DNA from: Neoconidiobolus thromboides FSU 785
Lineage: Eukaryota > Fungi > Entomophthoromycota
Assembly: GCA_025603075.1 (NCBI GenBank)
Contig: MU626365.1
Location: 1 to 64,000, forward strand
DNA length: 64,000 bases
Direction of reading: 5' to 3'
Positions within the stretch are counted from its first letter, which is position 1; every line of letters begins with the position of its first letter. Position numbers and translations under genes: made by a program. Shown one piece after another: positions 52,101-63,971 of this stretch. The notes beneath the pieces were generated by a model. It did not search any database. It was not told the DNA's origin and saw nothing but the letters and a program-made list of their open reading frames with translations.

Positions 52101-53349
52101 AATATTTTAAACAAGATTCAGATATATCAAATTATGTAAAAATATAGAAAATTATAAATTAAGTTATGTTAAATTCGTATTAATCTTGAAAAGACCTTCT
52201 ATCTATTAATGTATTTTATATGTTCTACATTTATAGTTCTAGAATAATATCAATAATGGAATATGATAGTACTATTTTACTATTTGCCATGTAAATAAAT
52301 TTTTAGTAGCTTTTTAACTAGTATCATTTTGATAAAATGCTAACTTGGTGTTTATTCTGACATTTTACTATAAATGAGCTTCATTTATTTAAATATATTT
52401 GGAATTACTGGTTAAAATTTATTGGAAAAGAATCTATTTCCTTTACAAATTCAAACTATTAACGCTTTTTAAAACACTGCTTTAAAATGTCAGTTTATTT
52501 TAAACCTAAAAGATTAGTATGAGATAATTTTAATATATTTGAGTTTATATAAATGGAATTTCTAATATATTTGAAGTGTAGTTTAAATAAGTTAATATTG
52601 AAAATCAAAGAAGTTTCAAATCATTAAATCCATATCAGTAACTTTTAGATAAAGTTTGTATTGTGCCTTGTAATATTTAGTACTGTTTGTATATTTCACT
52701 TTTTTACTAACATTATATATGTCCTAAAGACAATGGTTGTTAAATCAACAAAAGGATTAAAGCCGTTAGTAGTTGAAATAATCTAAGTCATTGATCAAAT
52801 TTTAATGAGATTTTTATTTTATATAATATAAATACCTTTTATGACTATATTCGTTCAATTAGTTTTTTCTAAACATTAAATGTACTAACTTAAATTTTAA
52901 GTTACCATAAATATATCATCTCAAACATAAATCATTCTTATAAAGGGTAATACTAAAAAGCAATTTAAACCTCCAAGTTCCAGATTGAAGTATATTCTAA
53001 AATGTTTCTTACATGTGTTATATCGATTTAAAAACATTAATATTAAGCTAAAGCTAAAATAGTATATTTTAGCCTTAAAAAAAACTATTAATGGTTTAAT
53101 TTTAAATTTATCTAAGATAAACTAAATGTTACCTTTTAGTTGGATATCAAGCTAATGTACAAATTAAAGTACAGTCATAAGAAGTAACTTTAAGATTTGA
53201 TAAATGTAGAAAGTAAACGAGTTACCTGAATTCAGATTGTATCATACTCAGCTATCACTTTTTTCATACACTTGTAGTCAGAGTAAAGATTGGAGTGTTA
53301 GAACAAAGAATTAGTTAATATCGATATAACCAAAAATAAATTTTAACAG

Positions 53350-53422
53350 GCCTGATTAGCTCAGTCGGTAGAGCATGAGACTTTTAATCTCAGGGTCATG
53401 GGTTCGAGCCCCATATTAGGCT
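53350..53422 (+). tRNA. tRNA-Lys(TTT)
   Basis: Identical to 42736-42808; T-run terminator directly after. Confidence 0.97.
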
Positions 53423-53509
53423 TTTTTGTATTAAAGCTGTCAAAATAAAAAGGAGAACATTAAAATTTAAAGTAAACATAAATATTTATTGTTAAATATC
53501 AGTGATGAA

Positions 53510-53806
53510 TTAAGAATTCATTTTCTTTTGAGCATCTCCTTTCAATTTATCAGCTTTACCTTCAGCTTGCATTTGTTCATTACCAGTCATGGAGCCGAAA
53601 GTATCTTTCATACTTCCTTTCATTGAGTCTTTTGATCCTTCAGCATAACCTTGAGCTTGAGCAGCTTTATGTTCAGCATCACCTTTGGCTTGCTGAGCTT
53701 TACCTTCGGCTTGCATTTGCTCATTACCTAAGGCCCAACCGACATTTTCTTTGATGGAGCCAACGGTACTTTCTTTGGTGGCGTTAATTTTAGATGGTTC
53801 TGGCAT
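53510..53806 (-). CDS. CsbD/LEA-like small stress protein, copy 1
   Basis: Two internal repeats KE.VG...GNEQMQAEGKA; 98 aa, hydrophilic. Confidence 0.88.
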   Translation of the reverse strand: MPEPSKINATKESTVGSIKENVGWALGNEQMQAEGKAQQAKGDAEHKAAQAQGYAEGSKDSMKGSMKDTFGSMTGNEQMQAEGKADKLKGDAQKKMNS

Positions 53807-54090
53807 TTTGATTTAATTTAATTGATAGTTTTATAATATTTAGGAAAGAATTTGAGTAGTTTATATACTTTTTATTTTCAACTTACTTTAATTTTCAATT
53901 TATCTATCGTATAGTAATCATGACGTTGAGAAACTAAACTGGCTCAAATGTGTCATTCCAAACTATGGTTTGAGGGTTTATGCCCCAACTTATTTTAATC
54001 AAAATATCAAGTTATTTAATTAGTAGTGTGACTTCAAACGAAAAGAAAGGATTTATGTCAATAATATATTTGAATCATAAGAATTCATTA

Positions 54091-54235
54091 CACTAGGAGA
54101 GGCCTCAGGTTAGTACTTCCAAAATTTGATTTATTTAGTAAAATACGAAGGTTTCTTTATTTTATTTAAAATTTTTTATCATATTTTATTAAATAAATCA
54201 AGTCCTCAGAGTAGTAACCTGAAGCCTCTTTAGTG
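54091..54235. mobile_element. 145-bp CACTA-ended foldback MITE with TTA target duplication
   Basis: TTA|CACTAGGAGAGGCCTCAGGTTAGTACT...AGTAGTAACCTGAAGCCTCTTTAGTG|TTA, plus a 20-bp inner inverted repeat matching 19/20. Confidence 0.75.
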
Positions 54236-54467
54236 TTAACCTGTATTCCTCTTATGGTTAGTTTATTATTATTCAAGTTAGTTTTAAAGTCATTCTGATT
54301 TACACTAATGATATAGGCCAAATCTATCATAAAATAAACTAGTTTGGAACCTACGTCAGGATGAGAGTAAGGAGATCAAAATGTGAGAATGATGAATTAA
54401 TGACGAAATCTATAAATATATAAAAAAATTGATTGAAATTTTTAGAAAAATAATTGAAGAATAGAAA

Positions 54468-54728
54468 ATGAACAATCCACCAAGTAAATTAAATGCAAAT
54501 GCTAATAAAGCTATGGGGATTGTTAAAGAATCAGTTGGGTGGGCTTTAAGCGACCATGAGTTAAAAAATGAAGGAGGAGAATTAAGAACGTTAGCTGACA
54601 AAGAGTATAAGCAGGCTCAGCTTCATGCCTTAAATAATGAAAATAACCGTCAAACAAACTATAATAGTGTTGAAGATAACGAGGAAGTTCAGTATGAAAG
54701 TAAAAAACAAGAAATGAGCAATAAATAG
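54468..54728 (+). CDS. Diverged single-repeat CsbD-like paralog, copy 2
   Basis: PSKLNA...KESVGWALSDHELKNEG aligns to PSKINA...KENVGWALGNEQMQAEG; unrelated acidic tail. Confidence 0.75.
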   Translation: MNNPPSKLNANANKAMGIVKESVGWALSDHELKNEGGELRTLADKEYKQAQLHALNNENNRQTNYNSVEDNEEVQYESKKQEMSNK

Positions 54729-55106
54729 TACTTCCTCTTTTTAATCATATTATTTATTATTATTAAAGACCAGCTGCAATATAGCCTTTTATTTGAATTA
54801 CTTGACATTAATTTTTTTTGGGATTTTGAAATATTAATAAATGGGCATAAATTATTATAGGGTTTTACATAAAAGGTAACCAAGTATTTATTTATAGAAC
54901 TTTTGATTTTAAGCAGATAATGTTTGAATTATCCATAACGAGAGATCAACAACGTCACGCAGAAAAATGAGGAAATAAATGTTAAACAAAGAATGGGAAC
55001 AATAGAGAAACAAAATACGTAAAAAATACGTCATAAAAGAAAATTGAAGGAGCTAAAAGTATATAAACGATGAATTATATAATAAATAAATAAAAATCAA
55101 TTGAAA

Positions 55107-55403
55107 ATGCCAGAACCATCTAAAATTAACGCTACTAAAGATACTACCATTGGTACCATCAAAGAAAATGTCGGTTGGGCCTTAGGTAATGAGCAAATGC
55201 AAGCCGAAGGTAAAGCTCAACACGCTAAAGGTGATGCTGAATATAAAGCTGCTCAAGCTCAAGGTTATGCTGAAGGATCAAAAGACTCAATGAAAGGAAG
55301 TGTCAAAGACACCGTTGGTTCCGCCATTGGTAACGAACAAATGCAAGCTGAAGGTAAAGCTGATAAATTGAAAGGTGATGCTCAAAAGAAAGTGAACTCT
55401 TAA
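55107..55403 (+). CDS. CsbD/LEA-like small stress protein, copy 3
   Basis: 87/98 aa identical to copy 1, opposite strand. Confidence 0.88.
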   Translation: MPEPSKINATKDTTIGTIKENVGWALGNEQMQAEGKAQHAKGDAEYKAAQAQGYAEGSKDSMKGSVKDTVGSAIGNEQMQAEGKADKLKGDAQKKVNS

Positions 55404-55562
55404 ATATTTATAATAAAAACACTAGTTATATAACTTTTTATTTACTATTATTAGAACTGTGGTTTTAATTTGATGTCAGTTTTATGATTGACATAAATGA
55501 TGAGGTCATCAAATATAATAATATATAAACAAAAGAAACAAGCAAGTCTTTTATTTTTAAAA

Positions 55563-57015
55563 ATGAGTCATTTATTAAAGTTGGGAAAAGAAAGATTAAT
55601 AAAAGGTGTTGGTAGAATGAGTGAACTAGTTATTGATAAGGGAAAAGGATGCTATGTTCATGATATGATAAGTGGTAAAAACTACTTAGATTTTACTTCA
55701 GGTATTGCAGTCACTAGTACAGGCCATTGTCATCCTAAAGTAGTTGCAGCTATTCAAGAACAAGCTAGTAATTTGATTCACTCACAAGCTAACATCCATT
55801 TACACCCAAAGATTGTTGAGCTCAGTGACAAACTGACTACGGTTATGCCTAATAATGAGCTGAATAGTTTTTTTATAACCAATTCTGGAGCTGAAGCAGT
55901 AGAAAACTCAATTAAACTAGCACGTAATATAACCAAGAAGAAGAATGTGATTGTTTTTCAAGGATCTTATCATGGCCGTACATTTGGTACTATGGGGTTA
56001 ACAACTTCTAAAACTATTTATTCGAAATCTTTTGCACCTTTTATGCCGGGTATTTATACTTGTCCTTATCCTTATTCAAGACAAATAGGCATAGATATGG
56101 ATGAAGACCAATTAAATGAGTATTGTATTAATCAATTAAAATTGCTATTGAAGCAACAAAGCGCACCGGAAGATACAGCAGCGATATTAATTGAACCTAT
56201 ATTAGGCGAGGGAGGATATGTACCAGCTAACAAGAGATTTTTACTTGAATTAAAAAATATTTGTAAGCAAAATGATATAATGTTTATTGCAGATGAGGTA
56301 CAATCTGGTTTCGCTAGATCTGGGCATTGGTTTGCTTCAGAGTGGGCTGATCCTCAATTACCGGATATTTTAGTTATGGCTAAAGGTATTGCTTCCGGGT
56401 TCCCTATCTCTGCAGTAGCTACTAAAAAACATTGGTCAGATCTTCAAGTACCAGGATCTATGGTAATATTATAATGGTTTTTTAACAATAGCCTTTGATT
56501 ATTATTTATTAGGGAGGTACATACGCAGGTAATCCAATCGGGTGCGCTGCAGCTATAGCTACTATTGATGTATTGAAAGAAGAAAATATATTAAATAACG
56601 TTAATCAGAAGTAATTGTCTAGTATTTATATGTGCATCATATTTTATTTAGCTTGATAGATCGGAATATATCTTTAATAGATTAAATAAAGAGCTACTTG
56701 AAATAGTAAATAAGTTTGGATATTGCATTGATGTTCGTGGTAAAGGCTTGATGATTGGGATTGAGTTTGTTCACAAAGGTATCTTATAAAAGCGTCTCTA
56801 TTTTACTGTTTAACATCAATACGTTAGATAAAAAAGAAACCAAATTAGCCTCAGAGATATCTCAATATTGTTTAAATCATCTAGATATGTTGTTGATGAC
56901 TACTTCAGTCTATGATACTTTGAGATTAATGCCAGCGCTTATTATTTCTGATAGAGAAGTAGAAATCGCTGTTGATAACATTTTGATTGCAGCTGAGAAG
57001 TGTTTAAATAAATAA
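55563..57015 (+). CDS. Class III PLP aminotransferase, GabT-like 4-aminobutyrate transaminase (3 exons)
   Basis: [57 protein letters not shown] lysine in [17 protein letters not shown]. Confidence 0.85.
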
Positions 57016-57748
57016 ATAAATGAATTTATCTTTAGTAAACATGTTATATCTGTTAGTAAATCCGTCATAGATTTAAAATTACACCCTGACGTAAGTTAGA
57101 ACTAACATGAAATTAATTTAGTCACTTTAGAGAATAGAATATTCTATGAAGTACCCAGCTGAAACATTTGCATTTAATCAACCACTTTTTTTACTTTTCT
57201 TACTTACATAAAATACTTATGCTAAACAAAGGCATCTTACAAACACTTAGCCTATATTATATATATAACTTCTCAATAGCTATTTTTATAGGTACACATA
57301 TTACATGTTTAAATAAACGATCGTTGTATTATCTTTTTAAGTTGATTATAAGAATAGGATTTTTTTACCAAAATACTATTCACTATTTCAAAATAATTAC
57401 AATTGGTGCACCCATTATCTAAAAATACAAAAAATTGACAAGTAAAAAATTAATAATACAGTCTGCTGCAATTTTCTGACCTAATTAGTTACTCATTTGA
57501 GAAAAAAATTCATGTTAAAATTTACCTAACTTAGGGATTAGACTAAAAAAAATTGGTATTTAAATAATCTAATTATAAAAATTACCACTAAAAAGTCCAA
57601 GAGTTCCAGCAGCCATAGTGCAAATATCGCTTGTATAACTCATCGAACAGAAAAGAATAGCACCCAAATACAGCGATTAAATGACCAAAAAAAGATATAT
57701 AAATAGTAAAGAGCACTCAAGTTTGACTTTACTTTTAAAATTTTTAAA

Positions 57749-59205
57749 ATGTTAAATAATGCTATAATAACTGGAGCCAGTGGCCTTTTAGGTCGCAAAG
57801 TTTACTCTATTTTTAAGGAGAGTGGATTGTTTGAGCAAGGTAATTTAACTTGGTTTTAATTAGAAACAAATTACTATTACCCACAGCTATTAATTGTTTA
57901 CTATAGTTATTGGACTGGCATTCAGTAGAGCAAAAAATGGATTAATCAAAGTACGTTTTTTTTGAAATTTTAAACAGGATTATATTGATAGCAATAGGTT
58001 GATTTAACTAGTAAAGATGAATTAGTTGACTTGTTTGAAAAATATCAGCCAAAAAGTGAGTATAATAACTATATACTCTATCATATAATAAACTCTTATC
58101 TATATAGTTGTTATTCATTGTGCTGCCGAAAGATTCCCAGATAGAGCTGAAGAAAACGTAGATGCTACTATTAAAGTAAAGAGCTAATTATATAACCTAA
58201 TAGTAATACTAACACTGTTAGTTGAATATCAAAGCTAGTGAATATTTGGCTGAATTAAGTAAACAACATGGTACACGTTTGATTTATATTTCTACCAACT
58301 ATGTGTTTGACGGTAAAAACCCACCCTATTTACCAAGCGCTCAACCAAACCCTTTGAATTTTTATGGTAATCATGAACTCTATTTTCATATCAGCTATAT
58401 TAATATTAAACTAGGCAAAAGCAAGTATGAAGGAGAAAAGGCAGTTGTCAAAATAAATCCTCAGTCTATCGTAGTAAGAGTACCTATCTTGTAAATTTTT
58501 ATTTAAATTAAAAGATATCCATATTAAACATGTTTAAAATAGATATGGAGAAACTGAGTTCCCGGGCGAATCAATGGTTATGCTTTTATCCGAATATGTA
58601 AAAGTAAGCTATTAATTCTCGTAAGCCATTTAGGCTTTGCTTATCATTTCGTAGAACTCAGATGAAAAACAAGCTATTAACGCCTATGCTCCTAGGTTCC
58701 CTACTTATGGTATATTTTACTGATTTTTTAAAACTATTTTAATTGTTTATTTTTTATAGTTGGGGATATAGCCAAATTCTGTTTAGGATTAAGTGGTAAA
58801 ATAGATAAACATTTAAAAAATTTTAAAGCTAACAAGCCAACAAGATTTTGATAAATATCCAAAAGTAGCTAATATTCTTCACTTTTCTAATCAACGCACT
58901 TTGACCGAGTTTGAAATGTGTGGTAAGCGCTAATTATTAATAGTAAGGTTGTTCAAAAATTCATCTTATTTAGAAATCTTTTCAAAAATATTAAACAAGC
59001 CTATTGACCATTTGGATCCTGATAATGAGATTCCACCAGCAGAAAATGGTAAACTTGAACTCTTAACTAGACTAAAAACTAATCGTTTTTACTAGCTAAA
59101 TACCCAATAAATGTGAAATTAGATATTCAACATTTATATCAGGATAAATTGCTTGATTTTGAGTTTACCAAGTTTGAGGATTTTTTTAATTCTTATTTTA
59201 AATAA
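57749..59205 (+). CDS. RmlD/MAT2B-like NAD(P)-binding SDR protein (many short exons)
   Basis: ITGASGLLG, VIHCAAERFPD, ISTNYVFDGKNPPY, PNPLNFYGKSK (YxxxK), VRVPILYG, RFPTYVGDIA. Confidence 0.85.
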
Positions 59206-60263
59206 ACGATAGGAAGATAGTTCGCTAATCCTAAATATTGCTAACGTTAATATATTGCTTATCAAAATGTGTTATACTTTTATATTAAGGAAATATCTAT
59301 TTATTACAAGTTAAAATACTTGTAAAATAAACACTTTAACAAGATATAGACTAAGGTATATGATATCTGGAGTAAATAGAAGTATCTACTTAGTCAAATC
59401 AACTGATTTACTTCAATGTCAATTCAAGATTTTGAAACTATTATTTGTGTATTTTTTTTGTTATAGTAAAATGCTAGATTAATTGTTTTTTTCAAATATT
59501 ATTGTCAAACATTAAAATAAATACTTGTGATAATTTTGTATATTTAAATGGAAAGTTTAAATTACATTTTTGGTTTTGGTTTTTTATCACAGATATTCAT
59601 ACTTAAGATATAGTTTAACTTCTTATAGTCTAACTATATTATAAAAACGATGTAACTGTCTTAAAGACCATCCAGCATTATCCTTAAATTAACACAAATA
59701 TATTTTACAATACTTGAAACTTAGGCTAATAGAAGCTGTTTGTTAATAAAATGTACAACCCTTAAAATAATTTATATTAATAGTTGAAATAAATAATAGT
59801 GCAGTATGAAATAACTAAAATTGCAATTTAATAATTTATATTAAAAATATTTTACAATTTAATAACCAAAATTAATTAATGTTAATATAGAAATAATGGT
59901 AGTAAAAAAATATGCATACTAAATTTACTCTAGTTTATTGGCTATAGTAAATTGCTTAGACAACTGATGATTAAGCGGTTTGGTTAACAGCGTATTAGAG
60001 CCAAAGATAGCACTTTTAATTGGAAGGAAGCCAACGAATCAAAAGAAGAGATTAAGAAAGCATTAAACAGAGAATGGAGTAAATAGTCAAATCAAAAAGT
60101 TCAAGTTAAAAAGGAGGTTTGTCTTTTCTTTTATAAACCAAAGTACAAATAAGAAATCGAAAAGAATTATTATTATTCTATTATCTAAATAATTAAATAA
60201 AAATCGAACTCAATCAATCACTCAATTAACCATTAGAACTCTATTTTTTATCTTTTTTTAAAA

Positions 60264-61619
60264 ATGAGACAAGCTCGTCCAAGCCTTCGATTAAAACCAC
60301 AGGAAATGAAACTAAATCCTGCTGCCATTAATGGCTCAGATTCCCCTTTTGCTGCTTTTTCAAAATTTGTGTAAAATTAAACTGTTGATCCTATTTTTTT
60401 GTATTAACTCATGTTATTAGTGATCCTTCTGGTAAGCTCAACTTTGGTGGTAAAGCAATAGTGCATGAGAAGGGGGTGGATTTTTCTAACGGAAATAGTT
60501 ATAAAATTAACATGAAAGAATTGGAATTAATGGAAGTTCTTGGCAAAGGAATGTATGGTACAGTACAAAAAGCTTTTCACAAACCAACAAAAGTTATTAT
60601 GGCAATGAAAGTATAATTTTATTTCTTTGTGATAAACAGGGTATTTATATTTTTGCTAGGAAATTCGCTTAGAATTGGACCAAGCTAAATTAAATCAAAT
60701 TTTGATGGAGTTGGACGTTTTACATAAATCACAAAATCCTTATATTGTAGATTTCTATGGTGCATTTTTTGTAGAATCCTGTGTTTACTATTGCATGGAA
60801 TTTATGGATTGCGGGTCGTTAGATTTACTCTGCTGGAAAGGAGTTCCTGAGCCCATTTTAGCTAGAATAACTGAATCTGTAAGATAATAATATAGCAGTA
60901 TGATTAATAATTAATTTTTTTAAAGATGATAAAAGGATTGAAGTTCCTTAAAGATGAGCTATCTATTATTCATAGAGGTAATACAATTGATTACAACAGT
61001 AATTTTTAACTATAAAATTTAGACGTCAAACCTACCAATATTTTGGTCAACTCTAAAGGAGAGGTTAAACTTTGCGATTTTGGTGTTTCTGGGCAATTGG
61101 TTATGTCAATGGCAAAAACACATATAGGATGTCAAAGTTATATGGCACCAGAAAGAATTACATCTTCTTCAGCATCAAGCTACACTGTACAATCTGATAT
61201 ATGGTCAGTTGGATTAACAATGTTAGAGGTTGCTACTGGGGATTATCCATATTCTGATAAGAATTATGATTCAGTATTTGCTCGTTTAAATGCTATTGTT
61301 ATGACAGAGTCACCTACTCTTCCAGAACCGGAATTTTCCCCAGAAGCAAGGGATTTCGTATCACAATGGTAAATCAATAATTAGTTGTATAATATAATTT
61401 CATTTATATTTTAAAGTTTAAGAAAAAAACCGGAAGATAGGCCAACTTATTCTGAATTACTAGTAAGTTTAAAAATAAGGACAATTTTAAATGATTTAAC
61501 AAGTTTTCATATAGGGACATCCATTTTTAGTTAAATATCGTGATGTTGAAGTAGATATGGAAGACTGGGCTAAAACTGCTTTCGAGAATAGGAAACCACC
61601 ACCAAAAGAAATTGCATAG
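60264..61619 (+). CDS. PBS2: HOG-pathway MAP kinase kinase, Pbs2/Wis1-like
   Basis: [80 protein letters not shown]. Confidence 0.9.
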
Positions 61620-62681
61620 GTATAAATTTGATTAAATTGAGGCATTCAATAAATTATAGCCTTGTCAAGGAAGTTTTATGTAATTCATTGTACCAAACAC
61701 CGTAATATTAATCATGTTTAACCTGTTTCATCTCACTTATTTAAAGTGATATATAATATTAACTATTCTATGGCTACCTTTTTTTGTTGAATGTTTGATA
61801 TTTTTCCTATATTTTGAAGTATTGTTATTAAAAAAATTATTTCATACATTTTTACTTTTATGAAAACTTTCCATTTTTATTTTTTATTAATTTATAACAT
61901 GATTTAATATATGAGCATTATACAAGGTAGTTAGATAATAAATTGGTGAGTGTATCAATATATAATATATTAAAAAATAAAATCAACAGTTCAGTATTTG
62001 TGATTTAATTTAATTAATATCAAATTACTATGATTTAATACAATAATTTTTTTAAATTTAGTTCAAATCAATAATCCCACAAAACCTGTATTCTATGCTA
62101 AACACAAACTCAAAAATCTCACAACATGAAACTTTGCGTTATTTTAATTCAAATAAAAACAGGTCAAAGTTCATTACTAAATAATGAGTACTGATTCAAT
62201 TTTTTAATTGATTATTGAGATAAATACTAGTTTTTGCTTTGGCCTAAATAATACAATCTAAGATTATATTAGGTCACCGAAGCTAGTGATAGTTTCCTAT
62301 CCCACAAATAAAAATAAATAATAAAATCACTATTTTAAAAGGTTTAATTTACTTAACTTAGCTTTAAGTACCAAGTCAAATTGCCTGCTATAATTCAGTT
62401 ATTTAAAGGTGCCAATGTGTACTTGAAAACAACTCCTTATTGGTGATGTGTCCCTTTTAGGTTGATGCTCCCTTTAAATTAGGAATGAAGCTTAATTTTG
62501 TTTATTGAACTTATTTCAATTAAACTTTCATTTCTAATTATACATTAAAACAAACTATTTAATATAGTTAATCTTTATAATAACATGAAAAACTTTTTTA
62601 TTTTACGTATTAATAATGAATAAAATATTTAAAATTTCAGATTACTACTAGCTTGATAAAATATGGGATCTTTTGAAAAAG

Positions 62682-62785
62682 ATATGGGGATGTATTTTTA
62701 AGGATTTTACTAACAAAATTTCCGCTCAAATAGTTTTTAAAAGATAGAAAAAATAATGAAGCAAAAAAAAAAAAAGCTCCCACAT
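62682..62785 (-). mobile_element. MITE copy
   Basis: ATAT|GGGGATGTATTTTT...CCGCTCAAATAG...GCTCCC|ACAT. Confidence 0.8.
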
Positions 62786-63866
62786 TTTGTTTTTAATTTT
62801 TTAAATAATATATCAGGTATATATTATGTAAAACTGTTTTTTAATATATTTTCAAGCTATTCAGTATTTTTGAAAAAAATACTAACTTAACTACAGTCTC
62901 ATTTTAAGTTGTTGAAATATTTACTATCATCATTTTTTTAATTGAATTTTGATAATAATTGAATAGTTGAATAGTTAAATAAATATTATATAATAGTCTT
63001 AATTTACTTATTTGAAATATTTAATAGTATAAACTAAGCTAATTTTTGAGACAACAATCAAACTATTAAAATGTTAGTTAATTATAAAGAATTATCACAG
63101 CTTAAACTTGGTCCATTAGAGTTGAAAACTCTTATGTCTACTATCTGATAGATAATGTATGTAAATTAAATAAAACATTCGAAAGATGTCTTATATAAAA
63201 CTATATCAGGTATAATTTATATGTCTTTAAAATAGGTTTAGCAATAAATATTTTATTAATAAATCATTTTTAAACTAAACACCATTTATATTAAAAAATA
63301 AAGTACAATCTTAGAGAGTCGCCTAATGATCTTTCAAACTTTGATATTAATTTGGGCTTTGTCGCGTTTAAGTTTCATAAAAATATTAAAAGTTTGAATA
63401 AGTGTTTAAAGCATATTCGTTTTTTCTAATAAAATTTCTTTGTGCTATTAAATGTCTATAAACAGCAAACATTGGCATTAAAGATTCTATTAATGAATAA
63501 AGGCACTTTATAGAGCAAAACACTAAACTAAATATTACATAAATATGCAAGTAAAACAACATGAAGTAGAATTTAGTGTAGTATAAACAATTGGTGAAGC
63601 GCCATAAAATAATTCGTACATTTTATTCTCAGATCGTTCTAGAACTCCAATTTCATTTTAGTAATATAATAATCTTAATCTTAAATTACCATTAATTCAT
63701 CTATTGTCAACTAAAAAAGATGAATAAGATAAATAAATTGATTTGTTTAAATACTATTGGCAATTTTGACTTACAGATCTCAAGGAGATTAAAAACAATA
63801 TCTGTATAAAAATTACATGAAGAGATAGGATAGTAAATGTCCAATAAATTCAATTATTATACATGT

Positions 63867-63971
63867 TTACTTCGGATACCTTGAATTCGGCCCTTGAGTC
63901 AAGTCGTTTGGAAAATTTACTTTTAAATTTTCAATTGAGAAAGCTTCAGTTGTTGGTTTGGCATTGCCAAA
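63867..63971 (-). CDS. Terminal exon of a gene entering from the right edge (unknown product)
   Basis: CTAAC branch and AG acceptor, then FGNAKPTTEAFSIENLKVNFPNDLTQGPNSRYPK*. Confidence 0.5.
   Translation of the reverse strand, partial: FGNAKPTTEAFSIENLKVNFPNDLTQGPNSRYPK

Noticed and set aside
55563-57015. Horizontal transfer of the bacterial-type GabT
   Set aside because: It has spliceosomal introns and host-like composition, and I recall this type in other fungal lineages; cannot be claimed without a phylogeny.
57596-57620. CCAAG...AGCAGCC resembling SRP RNA helix 8
   Set aside because: No GNRA tetraloop or pairing; it lies in an ordinary promoter.
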